This document shows, piece after piece, positions 1-12,000 of a DNA stretch of 64,000 nt (the stretch's first letter is position 1; every line of letters begins with the position of its first letter). The DNA is from Aplysia californica (lineage: Eukaryota): positions 168,590-232,589 of the forward strand of contig NW_004797282.1 of NCBI RefSeq assembly GCF_000002075.1. Reading direction: 5' to 3'. Made by a program: the position numbers and the translations under genes. The notes under the pieces were generated by a model. The model searched no databases. It saw nothing but the letters and a program-made list of their open reading frames with translations, and was not told where the DNA came from.

Positions 1-245
1 TCAAACGTATAGATCTAGATGCAGATCAGGCTCAAATAAGGGGGGTGGGAACTACCGAAAAGCACCAAAAAAGCTTTAGTTAGGTTCTAAGGCTGATCCT
101 CCAAAACTCTACTAGATCTAGAATCTAGTTCTAGATCTAGATATAGATCTAGCATAGAGATAGAAGGCAAGCGAAGTCATTTCATCACACATAATTGGGG
201 TGTAACGAAATGACTGCAGAATACTCACATCGTAGGCCAACTTTA

Positions 246-481
246 GGCGATGTTAAGATTCCCGCGTTTAATTCCGATGTGCGTTTTTCATACCCTCAGG
301 CATATTTCGCTTTGGTCCCTAACCCTAGGTTATGGTTAGGGTTAGGGTTAGGGTTAGGGTTAGGGTTAGGGCCAGGGTTAGGGTTAGGGTTAGGGTTAGG
401 GTTAGGGACCAAAGCGAAATATATGCCTGAGGGTATGAAAAACGCACATCGGAAATAAACGCGGGAATCTTAACAATCGCC
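246..481. mobile_element. MITE with ~80-bp TIRs, telomeric (TTAGGG)n core and 8-bp TSD
   Basis: Left arm GGCGATGTTAAGATTCCCGCG...TTTGGTCCCTAACCCTA is the reverse complement of the right arm ending ...CGCGGGAATCTTAACAATCGCC. Flanks CAACTTTA (238-245) and CTACTTTA (482-489) match at 7/8. Confidence 0.85.
330..407 (+). repeat. Interstitial telomeric repeat (TTAGGG)n
   Basis: 11 perfect TTAGGG units plus one TTATGG and one CCAGGG variant. Confidence 0.95.
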
Positions 482-1472
482 CTACTTTATAACTCTTTTA
501 TAAAAATAAATAAGTCAGTTCATACCAGAAACTGCGTCTCTTCATCCACGGAAACTTTACGTTCAGTTCAGTCTCACTCACTCTCACTCTCGGCTCAGGA
601 CCAACAACCCAACTCCGGGCCAAGACGGCAAGGTTCACCTTACACTCTTACGCGGTGCCTAATTACCCTTACCGGGGCTTACCGAATTACCCTCTAACCA
701 ACAATTTAAACAACGATAGAAGATGATCTCTTCATACTCAACACACACATCTTTCTTTCTCGCGAATTTTTTTAAAAATGTTATATTCAATGTTATTCAT
801 TCATTGTCTTGCCCGCATATATAGACCCACCTTGTGATTTCTCTCTTTGCTCATATTTCTCGGCGTGCATTCAGCGAACGCACTCACATTGTTGACCTTA
901 TCACTGAAACTTGACACTCAACAACACAATACTAGGACTACTTTTGGAAGGCCAAGCGGGTCCTAGCGTAAACAAACACAACACTGTCCAGGCCGGCCAA
1001 TAGAATAGAATAACATTGTGATGGATGTGCCATTGTCGATCTTTTCAAAGCAAGAGTTCCCCTCTGATGGCACATTATAGATTGCTGATATCAGTGGGTT
1101 GGAAAATCTCGAAATGGTGCCAAACACGTTGACTTGAAGAAGTTCCTAAAAGACCCTGAAACATTGCTAATAAATTGGTTTGGATAATATGGTGTATCAC
1201 CAAGGCTACCTTAGTACTAAGATAGCCTAGCACTTATCACCCATTTCCCGCCCCAGACTAATGCCTGTGCCACTACATGTACATGTACAAGAGAATGGAG
1301 GAGAGAAATAAATTACCAAGTGAACTGGTTTCAGTGTGTTGATCAGATTTAAAAAACAATAGCTGGTTGAGTTCTCGTTTGTTCCAAGAAAGCTGGCTCT
1401 GAAAGGGAAATTATGGTTTTATAACGGGTCGTACGCAAACATGGAATAATATAAACGCCCCCCTCCCGCACG

Positions 1473-1475
<3 letters not shown>

Positions 1476-1537
<62 letters not shown>

Positions 1538-1543
1538 ACACAC
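1476..1543. repeat. (CA)n microsatellite
   Basis: Directly visible. Confidence 0.95.
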
Positions 1544-1835
1544 GCACCCAAAGTAGGGTATAAAAATATTTAAGTTATCTTCAATGGGTGGGAAAAAAAA
1601 CAAATTACTCTCTGCTGTGCTTAACATCTCAAGAACATAACGGGTTATCAGCAATCGGAATAATATCTTCTACAATGTCAAAAGCACACATAATTCTGAT
1701 CGGGATTGTTTGTTTTGTTTTGGGTTGTATTTGTTGTTTTGTTGTTGTTAGGTTGTTGTTTTGTTGTTGTTTTTTTGGGGGGGGGTCGATTAGAGGCTGA
1801 ATTATGCCAAGAAGAAAAGGACAATAGGGGAAACG

Positions 1836-1838
<3 letters not shown>

Positions 1839-1908
<70 letters not shown>
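1839..1908. repeat. (GA)n microsatellite
   Basis: Directly visible. Confidence 0.95.
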
Positions 1909-1912
<4 letters not shown>

Positions 1913-3413
1913 GAAAAACAGGTGGGGGGGGGCTGTCTTATAAGGACTGTCTATGAATTTTATGTTTTGATCCCTATGTTGACTAGTCGTGAAATACGGC
2001 CTACCAGTAGTTTAAAAATCAAGAAAGGTGATGGGTTGGGGGTTGGGGGAAGGGTAAAGATGGAGTTGTCCAGCAAATTCGGGTGCACACTTGATAGATG
2101 GTCAGGGAAACAAAAGCACCGATGAAATCACAGTTCGATGTGATCACATCTGATGTGGCCTTATAGGCACTGCGCCTACCGAATCACGCCTTGCTGTAGT
2201 TCAATGTTTGGAGAAATCAAAGGCGTCGAAAATTCCACACCTGGGTGTGATTCTTTCATTGTAAGGCCCCTGTGAGTGAGGCAAACATTGTTACCAATCG
2301 TCGAGAAATTTAGAACGAAGATGTGATCGTATGTATGTGTATGAGTGTGGATGATCCATGAAGGTTGGTTTTTTTTGGTCAGTAAAACATGATCTAAATA
2401 GTGTGGGAACTTAAATTCAGACCCCAGAGTGGGATCTTAGGCGTGACTTTTCTTTAATCAAACTTGTTGGGGTTTTTTTTGTTTTTTTTTTGGGGGGGGG
2501 GTTGTTTCTTTCTCTCTTTTTTCTTCTTCTTTAAACAACGGAATCTTTAGTGAACCGGGATCATAAACGATGGGATCTCAGGTGGAGACTACTATGATAG
2601 ATTAAACCGGGTACAGTACTATTAAAGAAGACTCAAACTCTTTTCACCCCCCCCCCCCCTTCCTTCATCTTTCATAAACATAAAAAAGTTATTGAGATCG
2701 CCGTTGTTGTTATTAAGCAGGTACTGGGTTTTAAGAAAATATGGAGCCGCTAGGACATCTATATTTTGACATCAGTAATAGAAATGAGATAAATGGCTTT
2801 TAAAACATAAAATAAATCTACTGAGTTTCCTAATCTCAAGGGCCTCAGAATAAAACCTTCTTTCCTATCTAGATTTCAGTGCGAGGGCGCGGACAGCCCC
2901 CAGCGCAGGTTGACTATAATCAAACGCTCTGCCATAATTCGGGTGCGAGAGAGGGCTTCTATGCTATTTTATTATATCAGGCGTGTGTTGCCGCCCACAG
3001 AGCAGCCTCAATTACTGTATAACCAAAAATGATTGGCATAACCTCCTTGCACGGAATGGGCCTTTTAATGACAGATTTTTAAAGGTTTCCTGGGGCTGAA
3101 AATGGCATTTTTTCATTTCCGCTATTCGATTTGTCATATCGCATCGCTGACAGCCGCAAACCCGAGAACACCAATCCTGACTGTACGATCACCAAGCCTA
3201 TATAGGCCTACTCTAATTTTCCACCATTTTTTTACGGGGTCCCTTTTTTACGCGTTCGATTGTCGAATGCCAAAACCAGAGCACAATTTCACTTCTTTTT
3301 TTTTTATTTAATAAATTCACGACCGAGCCGCACAGAGGGACAATGGTAGAGAGCGCTCAAATAATATGTCTACAATTACTGCCGAGGGCTAGATTCTAGA
3401 TCTACCGTCTGAG

Positions 3414-3570
3414 NNNNNNNNNNNNNNNNNNNNNNNNNNNNNNNNNNNNNNNNNNNNNNNNNNNNNNNNNNNNNNNNNNNNNNNNNNNNNNNNNNNNNNN
3501 NNNNNNNNNNNNNNNNNNNNNNNNNNNNNNNNNNNNNNNNNNNNNNNNNNNNNNNNNNNNNNNNNNNNNN
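3414..3570. other. Assembly gap (N run)
   Basis: 157 N bases. Confidence 1.
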
Positions 3571-4544
3571 CATGTTGCGGTAAGTACAGAATTTCGAGAT
3601 AATGTAGGCTTCGGGTTTCACAAGGGCAACCTTCGCGAATCCGGTACTTTTGATACCTTTATCGGAATGGCAGTAGAACAGGTCCAACGGTCCTATCGGA
3701 GACGGACGTTAAACTAGGAGGCCCCGCCACTTAAATAACCTAATAGTATTGATAGGGGCGTTAAACCCATACCATTTTCACAGGTCCAAAATCGGAAACT
3801 AGATCTAGATCAGAACAAAAATTGTATTTTAGCTAAACTTCTGCGGTAAGAGCCGGTATGTCTTCGACATGTCGTGAAAACACGCCACGCCTTTTTTTCC
3901 ACGACAGGTCGTGAAAACGCGCGTAGAATTTTTTTCCACGACAAATACCGGCTGACAAGAACAATAGCGGTATATCCGGGCACTCTGTATGATCTTTGCA
4001 ATTTACACTGAAAACAATTTTCTTTTCCACCAAGACAAATTATGTGGAGGTAAAAAGTCAAGAAGGAAAATAGGGAAAAATGTTCTTTCCATACTTATCA
4101 CAGACAGCAATGGAAGCGAGAAAGTGACGTTCATCTATCTAGCATCTGCGTTTGTCGCGGCCGCGATTTTTGGCAATTAAATAAATAAATAAAAAAATTT
4201 AAAAATAAAACCGCCGGGGAAAAAATCGAAAAAAGGGGAATAAATATCTGGGGAAAAAAGAACTTTTAGAAAGATAGTCTATTTTCACTTACACTTCACT
4301 TCGTCACTTTCTCACTTAGTTGACACCACGTTGATTTGTTATTTTCATGTGAAAAATATTACTCCATTACAACCTTTTATATTTATGTATAGATTGCTTT
4401 TTCTCTTTTATTTTTCCCTCTTTGTTGTGTTTTACTATGTTTTTGTGTTATTTATTTTTTTCTTGTTATTGTTCTGATGTCGATGTGCTGTTTTTCTTTT
4501 TTTGTGTTTGTATATATAGCGTAAATGTAATTTAATTTGTTGTT

Positions 4545-4546
<2 letters not shown>

Positions 4547-4620
<74 letters not shown>
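4547..4620. repeat. (TA)n microsatellite
   Basis: Directly visible. Confidence 0.95.
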
Positions 4621-4623
<3 letters not shown>

Positions 4624-5009
4624 GTGTTATGTTAGAGCGTGTCTCCGCCAAAACCGAACACATGTACTGACACAGGCCCCTTATGTGTTATTCCACAATT
4701 TACATGTAGTATCCTGTACTTTTTCTTGAATTACGCACGTTCAGGGTTAAAACGCCAATCTCCGGATAGATGGATGCACGCCCTTATACTTGTTACTTTT
4801 TGTGGTTGTTTATGTTCTGTTTTAATTTTGATTTCATTCTGTTGTGAAACCTTTATTTTTCACGATTTTACACTCATTGTGGTTACAAATGATATTCTGG
4901 ATGCTTAAAACAGAGCACAGAAAAATTCTTTAGATTAATTTAAGTTACCTCTATCAACGTATGCCTGTATATATACGTCGTTACAGAGAGATGAAAGCTT
5001 GAAAATTGA

Positions 5010-5103
5010 TGGCAACTTTTATGGCAACTTTTGCCATTTTTGTGGCAACTTTTGCCATTTTTGTGCCATTTTTGTGGCAACTTTTGGACAAAAAAATGGC
5101 AAC
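5010..5103. repeat. Degenerate tandem repeat of TGGCAACTTTTGCCATTTTTG-like units
   Basis: Repeated TGGCAACTTTT and TGCCATTTTTG motifs. Confidence 0.75.
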
Positions 5104-5559
5104 AAACGCAGAAGCTAGATATGTGCCGTAGATCTGACCTGATACAGTCTATAATACATTGTAGTCTATATGGTCTAAAGAAAATTATTTCCCGCAACCT
5201 AAATTAGCCCATGTCAAGAAGCAAAGGACAAGGGTAGTGTTAACGAGGAAAATTGAATTTACAATACATACATGTATAAGTAATGTTCAATACATGTACC
5301 GGTATACATATGTTTATCTTGTAACAGGCACCAGGTGACAGCAGAAAATTACTTCTTTATTTTAATGCAGCATCACATCCTTGATAGTTTTCTTTCTTTT
5401 AAAAAAAATTGCAGAAACATCAGGAGAAGGCATTTGAACGAATGAGCAGGAGCAGGCGTTGAAACGAGATTTTGAAAAAAAAATGGGGTGAAACTGAAAG
5501 ACCTGCTCCCCGTTAACACCACAACACTGTACGAAAATAGTCTGAGTTTGTGTAAGAAC

Positions 5560-6930
5560 TAGCCCGGGAAACACCGACAGGGTCAAAATGACATCAGGTG
5601 ACAGACACGGCTGTGTCCTATCACCATTACTCTTCATCGTCTACATGGACAAGATAACAAATGACGCAAATGACAACTCAGAGGAGCTCAACAAACTGCT
5701 CTTCACTGACGACCAGAGCCTCATACACCAAGACCAGGACAGCCTCCAAAAACATAAAAGTATCACTAAATTGAACAAGGCATGTGAGAAGTATGGAAAG
5801 AAAATGGGTACAACTAAGATTATAAGTAATGAAGTTATCCAGAAACCAAAACCCGTTCACTGTCCACGTCACCCAAGCTCAACTAAAACAACTACAAGAA
5901 TTTAAATACCTTGAAAGCATGCTCACATCAGATGAAAAAAATGGATAGAGAAATTGAAACATGAGTACTAAAGACAAATGTAAGGCAGCGTGGTGGAATC
6001 AGGCTCTCGTCAAAATAATCAAAGTGAGGAAACTTGCATTTTTCCGCAGATTTGTGAATTTTTATCAAATTTTTGTTTTTTGGATCAACACCTTTCATGC
6101 CTATCAAAGAACTCATTTCTGTGTTTATTTTTCTGAAAAACGATTAAAGGCACAAAAAATGTAATTTTTCAGTTACCACGGACTCTTAAGCCAAGGATAT
6201 AACTAATCTTTGGAGGCCATTTTCTGACTAATTTTACCTCTGAAAACAGGTGACCCTTACCTCCTTCTTTCGAAAATATATCGACTTGTATTCAAGACAA
6301 ATGGATATTTTTTATTCCAAAAAAGACAAGTGAACAAGCTTTAAGATAATACCAAAAACTCCACATGCCCAAAAATTGACGAGAGCCTGATTCCACCACG
6401 CTGCCTCACAAATGCAGTCTCATACCAAATAGAAATCTAGCTCCCATTCTCTCCCATCAAAACATCCCAATGGATACAAAGAACCAACTCATCAGATCAA
6501 TCTTTATACAAATACCAACTCTTTGTTACCAGTGCCAAACTGGACCCTCAACAAAGTGCAACAGAATAGAGTAACAGCATGTAATATGGAATGTCTTAGA
6601 GAAACATTAAACACAACAAGAGGGGACAGACAAAGAAACGAAGACATTGGACATCAAGAAGGCGTCGAATCGAGCATGAAATACATGCACATCGAGAGAC
6701 AACAAATATCGTGATTTGGACATATAACGAGAATGGGACCACAGCAGTCAGCCTTCAAAGCCTATAACTTACAACATGCGATTCAACGGCTTCAACGCAA
6801 AAGGAAAGCCACGAAAAAGATGGATCGACGGAGTCAAAGAAACCCCCAAACGGAACAACATGACTATCCAAACAGTAACACAGTTGGCCTATGTCCGATA
6901 ATTCCACCTTCTCTCGACAACTGGGCCTAG
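5560..6930 (+). mobile_element. Decayed RTE-clade LINE fragment (reverse transcriptase to 3' region), interrupted by a MITE
   Basis: Translations GDRHGCVLSPLLFIVYMD and LLFTDD resemble the RT motifs QG..SP.LF and FADD. Downstream ME CLR...TRGDRQRNEDI. Multiple frameshifts and stops. Confidence 0.8.
5981..6408. mobile_element. Non-autonomous DNA transposon with ~31-bp TIR and 6-bp TSD (multi-copy family)
   Basis: TIR T(A/G)AGGCAGCGTGGTGGAATCAGGCTCTCGTCAA. CAAATG is duplicated at 5975-5980 and 6409-6414. Related copies at about 14829-15252, 44401-46070, 59985-60410, 61020-61577 and 63125-63547. Confidence 0.85.
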
Positions 6931-7276
6931 CGGTGTAGGAAGACATACAAATTATATTGCAAAAAGGAAAAGTAATCCAAAAGTACAAAAGGCTGGATTG
7001 AAATAAAAGTGGTCAGAGCAGAGTTGACTGTTTCAGACGACAGCTGTTGTTGCAACACATGCTATCGCGGCATGATTGGTAGAAACTTTGACATACATTT
7101 GCACATCTTTTCTTATTTTGTATAAAGGGATACGACATTTGGAGAAGGCGGTGGCGATGAATTGGATTACTCTCATGAAGCCATGCAACTGCATGACAAA
7201 AGAAATATTGGATTGGAATCAACAGAATAAGCTATAACGGGAAAGGCCACTTGGAATCTGAAGAAGAGTCACAGTG

Positions 7277-7640
7277 ATTGTTTTTGTTTTTGTTTTGGCA
7301 AGTGTTTTACGGCCCTCGCAACTGCTTAAGGTCATTTTATGAGCGTGCGGGACACATTAGAAGTATATTAGTATTTTCAGTTTGGTTAGAATTAATTTTG
7401 AATTTTGCCCGGGTAACGGTCGAAGCCTACTCTTATCGATTTTGGGACCACTACGGGATCTTTTACATGCACAGTTTACACACAGGACCTCCGAGATTTT
7501 GTTGTCTTGTCCGTCCGAGAAGGCTTGGTGTTCGATATCATATCTATCTTAAAAGCTGGTGTGGCTGAATAACAACAGTTAACATAGCTAGAAGTAGTAG
7601 AAACAATCAAGACTCAAGACACCGGAGGAGGGATAAGGGT
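7277..7640 (-). mobile_element. SINE family A, 5'-truncated and diverged copy
   Basis: Same tail (GTTTTACGGC.CTCGCAACTGC.TAAGGTCA) and core as 46252-46768. Confidence 0.8.
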
Positions 7641-8128
7641 GGCAAAAATGGGCAGTGATTACAAAAGGATGCTTGGAAGCTTCCCTCCTCCTTGAACAAG
7701 TCTCATCGGCCCTCCTCGTTCCCCGGCAATCAAAATTAATTTACTTACGTAAACGATGGACACCCATGCATATTACATGTACTCACCTCTCTCTTTCTAC
7801 CCCCCCCCCCCCTCTCTTTTTATCTCTCCCTCTTAATCTTTCTCTCTTTTTCTCTATTAGACACATACAAACACCTGCACATACTTTACGACAGACACAC
7901 ATGCACAAATACGCAAGCACACACATACACACACACAATACGCATCCTTCCATACACGAAGTACATGCACATGTGGAATCATGTTTCTAGACCCCCAAAA
8001 TACGTATTTAGCCCCCCCCCCCTCCCCTCTTCCTTTTTTCATGTATACAGACCGGTACGTTACAAAATGTACAATGTATTTTGTGTCAATTTTAAATTTG
8101 CTAGTGTGTGTGGCTAGTGTACACACAC

Positions 8129-8160
<32 letters not shown>

Positions 8161-8329
8161 TCACACATACACCACACAACAGATTACTTTTAATTTCAAG
8201 GTAAAGTGCACCCTCGGTACTTGGATGTGGGGGGGGGGGGGGGGGGGGGCCCCCCTTTTACTTCTACTTAACTTTAGTGCTTTCTTGCCACAGGAGGCGC
8301 TTTTATGTTGACTGTTGCTGCTCTACAGC

Positions 8330-8660
8330 CAGAACCCGGAGGTTTCACTTGAAAGAACAAGACATATCGTGAAGAATGCGTTTTCAGAGATCCAAAAAGA
8401 GTGGTGGGGTTTGGAAGGAAAGTTTGAGTTCGATATACGGAAACTTTGATTCTTCCATTCCACCAACTACCGAACATACACAATATCTGTTCACGGTTTC
8501 TCCAAAAACAGTGCGCCGCTCCAACTGGCAAACTGGCAAACTTCGGGAAAAACTTTTACCGGAAGCACAGAATTCTACACTAATTCTGTGACCGGAAGCC
8601 GGAAGGGAAAGGTTGTTTGTAAACGCTGTAGTACCGCAACTTTCGGTCTCTATGGCGAAA
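8330..8660 (+). promoter_or_regulatory. Putative TATA-less promoter of the FAM151-like gene, with ETS (CCGGAAG) sites
   Basis: ACCGGAAG at 8558 and 8591 and CCGGAAG at 8599. CpG-richer than the background and about 300 bp upstream of the start codon. Confidence 0.55.
8566..8590. mobile_element. 25-bp CA..TG palindromic insert with 8-bp TSD (candidate P-superfamily excision footprint)
   Basis: CACAGAATTCTACACTAATTCTGTG flanked by ACCGGAAG on both sides. Same termini as 53968-54013 and 54962-54994. Confidence 0.7.
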
Positions 8661-8923
8661 AAGGAAACGCAAAAAGGAAATGACTGTGAACTTGAACACC
8701 AGAGAATCTAACTTTTACTGACTCCAATTTTTGTCCCCTCCAGTTTCATCTTTCAGTTTTAGAAACACTTACTGTTTTTGGATTTCTGTGTAAGAACAGC
8801 AGTCTTTTGTACAGTGTTATGTCCTTGATTGTCAGCAGAGAGTCCTGTTGACACTGTTGTTGTTGAGGTACTGTTCCAAGCTCATTGAGTCGAGGGAAAC
8901 AGCTTGTCGTTGAAACTGTTACA

Positions 8924-9044
8924 ATGCGGAATTCAAGAGAGCCATTTCCCATGCCGGCAGTTCCAAGAAGTTTCAAGAAATATATTCTTTTCCAGATCGT
9001 GGGCATAAGCCTCATTATATATATTTGGTATATCATAAATGGAG
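8924..9044 (+). CDS. FAM151: FAM151-like coding exon 1 (MRNSREP...TM segment)
   Basis: ATG at 8924, hydrophobic anchor, donor GAG|GTAAGC in phase 1. Confidence 0.72.
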
Positions 9045-12000
9045 GTAAGCTTTGACTTGTCATAGTCATTCATATTCATATCATTATATGATGATATTAT
9101 AGGCTATATTTATAATTGTTTTTTAAAATAATAGTTTATCGGAGTGTCTACATACATGGTAACCGGGCACCTATCCTCAGTGTCTGTACACAGTAATCGG
9201 CAACCAGGCATGTAGCCTAGTCTCAGTCAGTGTCACGTACACAGTAACCGGGCATATATATATGTAGCCTCAACATCTATGTACACGGTAACCGGCAACC
9301 GGGCATGTAGTCTCAGTGTCACGTACAAGGTAACCGGGCAGTTCAGTTTTTGTCATCTAGATCTAGTGTTGCCTTCAACCCCACCCCTCCCCCGACTGTA
9401 CCTTTTAAAAAAATCAATAATCCCCCCATTCTGGAGCCCATATAGATCTACATATACTTTGCTTTGAATGAACTTTGGTGACCCCAACCGGTACTCATTA
9501 TGTGACGCGAACACACAGGTTCACTGACTGGTCACGATGGCGAACCCGACAAGATGCCTTTATATGACTTTCTTTTTTTTGCATCAAGTGACAGCACAGG
9601 ACAAATATTGATTTATTTTCATTGCGGTTACCGTGTGTGTAGACTTGTAGATACTGAGACTAGGTGCCCGGTCACCGTGTACGTAGACACTTTGATAGTT
9701 TATTGACATTGTCATTTGTGCTGAAGCCTGTAGATAGCTAGATCTAGATATCGTCTAGTGTCGAATATAAGTTATACAGTCGAACCTGCCCTGACGGCCA
9801 CCTGTACAAACGGCCACTTTCCATTTCCCCCCTTGCGTTTTTTCTATATAATTTAACTGTGTAAAACGGGCACCTGTTCAACGCGGCAGCGGCCATCATA
9901 TTTTAACACACAACCCCTATCACACTAAGCAATAACACCTGTCTTAGACGGCCACCTTAGTGACTCCATTACATTTTGTCATTAATTGTGCATTGACCCC
10001 TGGCGTTATGGGCGAGCCGCCATAATCTAATCACCTGTCGTTGTTGTTAGGTAGTCCTTCCAACCAACCATGTTGCATAGGCCCCTCCCACTGTTGACCA
10101 ATAGGTACCAATTTCCAGCTGCTGGTGAGGTAAGCGTGTGATCCCTCATAACCCATAAGCCCCGCCAAGAACTCATACACAAATCGTAAGTGAGATGAGT
10201 GGTCACTGTTTACCCAGTCTGTAACAAAGTAACAATGGACGTCAACATGGACTTGTGACAGAAGCGTCGCTCGTTCTTCGAGTGGTGGCGACCCATATGT
10301 TTGTTTTACAATAGCACTTGGTCCTCCTTGTCTGACACATTTCATTTTATTGTCACCCTTGCTCAAAATCAGCAACAAAATAAAAATAACAAAGAAAATA
10401 CAAACCAACAACAAAAACAACAATAATGCGGCTACTTTTGATTGGGAATGGGATTTGTTTTCTTCATCTTGATCAGTCCTGCCTAAGACGGCCACCTGTC
10501 TTATACAGCCACTTTTCTCCTTGACAATGGGTGGCCGTCTTACACAGGTTTGACTAATTGTAATTCTATGAATCTTAACTTGGCTGATAAATCAGTCAAT
10601 AGTTATGATCATGGGCTCGAGCTTCATACAATCAAACTTGTGTAAAACAGCCACCCATTATCAAGGAGAAAAGTGACGTTATAACACAGGTGGCTGTCAT
10701 AGCAGGACTGATCAAAATGAAGTCTAAAGCAAATAATTCTCTTCCGAAGTCTGAACAGGGGCTGATCTCAGTCTTTAGACTGCCGTAAGGCTGATTCAAA
10801 TGGGTTATTGTTTTCTTTTTATTAAAAGTGGGAGGGTAGTGTAAGAATTTTTTTTTGTGTTGCTGTTTTGTTTTTTGGTTAGCTTTCTTTTTGTTGCTGA
10901 TTTTGTGCAATAAATGAAATGTTGTTTAAGTAAGACAATGTAGACTGAGTGCCATGGTAAAACAAACACACGGGTCGCCACCACTTGGAGAACCAGCGAC
11001 GCTTCTATCGCAAGTTCACATCAACGTCCATTGTTACTTTGTTACAGTGGAAGGTAAACAAAACAGTGACCAGCCACCTCACACATACGATTTGTACATG
11101 AGTTGTGGGCGGGACTTTCAGTTATGACGGATTACGCTTTCCTCACCAGCAGTTGAGAATGTATTGTTAGGTCTACCCATTGGTCAACTTGGGTAAATAT
11201 TCATTGGGGGGACTAACAATAACGACAGGTGAATGAATATGAGGGCCCGTCCACAATTTCCTCGATTCAACATTTATGGCAAAGCGTCGGGCAATGAGTG
11301 ACCACGCCTAGCCGCCTGAGGCAGATAAATTTGACAGTGGGTTGATAAAATAAGGTGGACCATGTTGGACAGGTGACTGTTTTACACAGTTCAATTATAA
11401 AAAATGCAAGGGGGAAATGGAAAGTGGCCTGTTTGTACAGGTGGCCGTCATGGCAGGTTCAATTGTATTATATCGTAAATGAAGGTGAGGTGAATTTTAT
11501 ATGGTTTTTGATTGTGCTGGGGCTGGAGGTAGTGTCGTATGACTGTAATTTGTATAGAAATCTTTAACCACTTGGCTGATGAATCAGTCAATTAAGTCAA
11601 AAGTAAAAAAATAAGGCCCTAACAATGCACTTTGAACTTTTAAAAGTGCCAGCTTGCGCTGGAATTTCTGTAACAGTTAAATCATGCAGTAAATAAGTAG
11701 TAACCTGTATGATTTTGAATTAAATATGATTATTATAAATGTAATGGCACCGTCTTCCTTGCACATTATAATTTATAACAGCTCTGTTCAATGTGTACAA
11801 TATGCAACTGTTTTATGGCTGATTATTGTGTTATATTTATATAAAAAATGTGAATGTTTTAAAATGTTTGTTGCATAAAAATGAAACATTACAACAATGT
11901 TTTTTTCATCAATTTGGACTGCCTATCATTTAGTTAACAATGTGTGCCAAATGCATAAAAAATATATTGAATTTAATCTTACTTTGCATTGGTTTTGATC

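Noticed and set aside
175-216. Small hairpin AGTCATTTC...GAAATGACT
   Set aside because: No TSD and no second copy in the window, so it cannot be classified.
330-407. True chromosome end or telomere-fusion site
   Set aside because: The tract is short, internal, enclosed by TIRs and a TSD, and has the wrong orientation for a fusion scar.
195-458. 87-aa ORF with an LG repeat
   Set aside because: It is the translation of the TTAGGG tract inside a MITE.
1349-2125. ORFs with CV and RE dipeptide runs
   Set aside because: Artefacts of the (CA)n and (GA)n microsatellites.
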